Shown here: piece after piece, positions 60,429 through 64,000 of the stretch
Layout: each line of letters starts with the position of its first letter
Position numbering within the stretch: position 1 is the first letter of the stretch
NCBI GenBank assembly: GCA_964016885.1
Contig: OZ024756.1
Location: 34,038,001-34,102,000, forward strand
DNA: 64,000 bases
Direction: 5' to 3'
Source of the DNA: Eledone cirrhosa
Lineage: Eukaryota
Translations under genes and position numbers: made by a program
The notes under the pieces: model-generated
Told to the model about the DNA's origin: nothing
The model's input: the letters and a program-made list of their open reading frames with translations, nothing else
Databases searched by the model: none

Positions 60429-61550
60429 ATATATATACATATGTATACATGTATATACATATATACATATATATACATGCATACACATGTATATATGTAT
60501 ATACATATTTACACATTTTTTATGGCCCTTGAATATTATGAGTTCTTCCGCCCGTTGTCAGGTTTTGTTTTGTTGTCCTACAGGGACATACATACATACA
60601 AACATACAAACAAACATACATACATACATACATACATACATACATACATACATACATACATACATACATACATACATACATACGTACATACATAGTACAA
60701 TCCATTAATGGAACAGTAAAAATACGTAAAACATTCTAAAAATTTTGCATCTAATAACTGCATATACACATGTACAGATTCAAAGCGTATGCACATGCAC
60801 ACATACAACTCAAAACATGCACATCCACACATACAATAACATCCATACCTACACATGCATACATACAGAGATGCAAACATATCTACCTAGTTGATGTTGT
60901 GTAAATTCCAATGAGAGAGTCTTGTATCTATGTTAGAAACCGACTCTCTCTCTATTGGCAAAAATTTGTGAAATTATTATAAAACCAGAAAAAAACATTC
61001 ATACATACATACATAGATACATACATATATACATACATATACATACATACATGCATACATACATATACATACATACATGCATACATACTTACATAAAAAC
61101 ATACATACATACATACATATACATACATATTTAAAAGTATATGCAAACGTATACGTAACGGCACTCTATTAACATTGCTTAAGTTTTATCACTCAGTCAT
61201 TTCGATGTATGAAAGCCTTATGAATCAACATCATCGATTCTTCATTTATTTCAAGTAATATAACTGCCGTAATCGATCCAATGATTCAATCATTTATATA
61301 ATAATCTGTCTGACTGTGGAAGCCAGCCAATCTGATTAGGTTTTTTTTTTTCATAGTCAAAGAGAAAACTAACATTATTTGTTAATATGACTGCTAAGAA
61401 AATATCATTTCCTAACGATAAACACTACTGCAAAAAAACAAAAGTAGTGTATATTTGTTCTATTATATATATCCAGATATATATATATATATATATGTGC
61501 GTGTGTGCGTGTGTGTGTGTATATATATATATATATGTAGATATATATGC

Positions 61551-61626
<76 letters not shown>

Positions 61627-61627
61627 G

Positions 61628-61679
<52 letters not shown>

Positions 61680-61695
61680 TATATATATGCATATA

Positions 61696-61746
<51 letters not shown>

Positions 61747-61759
61747 ATGTATATATATG

Positions 61760-61840
<81 letters not shown>

Positions 61841-61879
61841 CTATATATGTATATATATCTGTATGTATATATGTATATA

Positions 61880-61976
<97 letters not shown>

Positions 61977-62004
61977 GTATGTATATATATGTATGTATAT
62001 ATAC

Positions 62005-62057
<53 letters not shown>

Positions 62058-62079
62058 ATATATATATATGTATATATAT

Positions 62080-62125
<46 letters not shown>

Positions 62126-62135
62126 GTATATATAT

Positions 62136-62224
<89 letters not shown>

Positions 62225-62700
62225 TTTTTTTTTTTTTACCTACCTCTTTTCTTTGTATTTTTCATTTTTATATTCGTTATTTTTTTTTTGTTGTTTATTT
62301 ATTTATTTATTTATTTGTTTATAATTGTTGTTTATTGTTGTTATTTTTTCTTGTTATTTCTATTTTGGTTATACGGGAGTGGATTTTTTTTTTGTTATAT
62401 CTTTGTTTTTGTTTTTGTTTGTTTTGTTTTGTTTGTTTTTGGTCTTCCATCGAAAATAATCGAGTGTAATAAATCTGTAACAAGAAATTGTTCGATTGAA
62501 GTAAGTTGTCAGAGCCTACATGGCTGGTATTGATAAGTAGCAAACAAATTGAATTTTCTGGCGACGTTTATCTAGTCGCTTTGTATAAACACTAAATATA
62601 TATATCTGTATATGTATATATATATCTGTGTGCGTGTGTGTATATTCATATATATATGTATATATATATATATATGTGTGTATGTGTGTGTGTGTATGTG

Positions 62701-62792
<92 letters not shown>

Positions 62793-62816
62793 TGTATGTA
62801 TATATATATGTATATA

Positions 62817-62877
<61 letters not shown>

Positions 62878-63004
62878 ATATATATATATATAATAAGATA
62901 TATAATAAGATATATATATGTGTATATATATAGATATATATATACATATACATATACGTATATATATGTGTGTGTGTGTTTGTGTATATATATATATACG
63001 TGTG

Positions 63005-63049
<45 letters not shown>

Positions 63050-63527
63050 ATGTGTCTGTGTATGCTTGTATATATATATATATATATATATATATACCAT
63101 TAATTTTTTGGCAGGCTGATTAGCTGGGAGAATGACTGGCTGGATGGATGGGTGGGTGTCTGGTTAGTTGGTTAGCTAAGAAGACAACCTCAAAACTTAA
63201 AGAATTTCTATAGTATAGTGGTGCAATATATAGTATAGTAATGAAAAGTATATAGTATAGTGGAGCCAAATATGTATATATATATTTATATATATATAAA
63301 CGTAATCTGAGTTTTTCGAATATTAATAATAATATTCGATTCGTTTGCAATTATGCAAACAATTCTCAATTTTATAGCCATGTCAGTAGAATGAACACTT
63401 CATTCTTGCTCTTGTGTTAGCATGCTAACAGAACTGCAGACACTAATGTTTCTGGGCATCACCCTTCATCAGTACACCTCAGATTACATTTATTGTATTC
63501 AGCCATGTAGAGCGAAATTTTCTTTTA

Positions 63528-63613
<86 letters not shown>

Positions 63614-63705
63614 GTGTGTATGTATGTATGTATGTATGTATGTATGTATGTATATAATATATATATAGACAGAGAGAGAGAGAGGAGAGAGGGAGAGAGA
63701 GCGAT

Positions 63706-63790
<85 letters not shown>

Positions 63791-64000
63791 GTGTGTACAC
63801 AATTTCTATGTAACAAATTTACAGGGCATTGTTCAATTTGACAATGGCGAGCGCCCCGAATCGCCTGTGGTTCAGGATTGGTGGGGTACCTGAGTCAACC
63901 CTGGGTGGTTATCCCCCCCCCCCCACACACCACTATGTATCATAGTTAGAAACTAACAAAACAAATGATATAGTGTATGTTTATATATAATATCTATATA

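Overview
This is a very AT-rich eukaryotic intergenic or intronic window, saturated with (TA)n/(CA)n/(GA)n microsatellites. No host gene is recognisable, and there is one 200-N scaffold gap (11813-12012). The SINE repertoire (tRNA-headed CORE-like and Meta-like SINEs) suggests an octopus or other coleoid cephalopod (inference). Almost all listed ORFs are microsatellite translations. The real coding remnants are retrotransposon fragments: two R4/Dong-like (REL endonuclease) 3' ends stacked in a (TAA)n tract, several RTE/RTE-X 3' ends, and a possible decayed GIY-YIG domain. The main hidden signal is a swarm of short elements inserted in (TA)n tracts. They carry type I hammerhead ribozymes (stem I-CUGANGA-stem II-GAAA-short, often palindromic stem III-UH-stem I). 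I count about 17 full or near-full motifs plus several half-motifs, from about 10 mutually dissimilar families, read by eye and not computationally folded. Many are arranged as fold-back palindromes. One family has an unusually long (~105-115 nt) stem II, one has CCAAT+TATA boxes upstream of the ribozyme, and several share a TTGAGTRC motif 40-65 nt from the 3' end. The architecture fits Penelope-like element pseudo-LTRs or retrozyme-like non-autonomous elements. Separately, many (TA)n tracts are bracketed by inverted duplications of their unique flanks.
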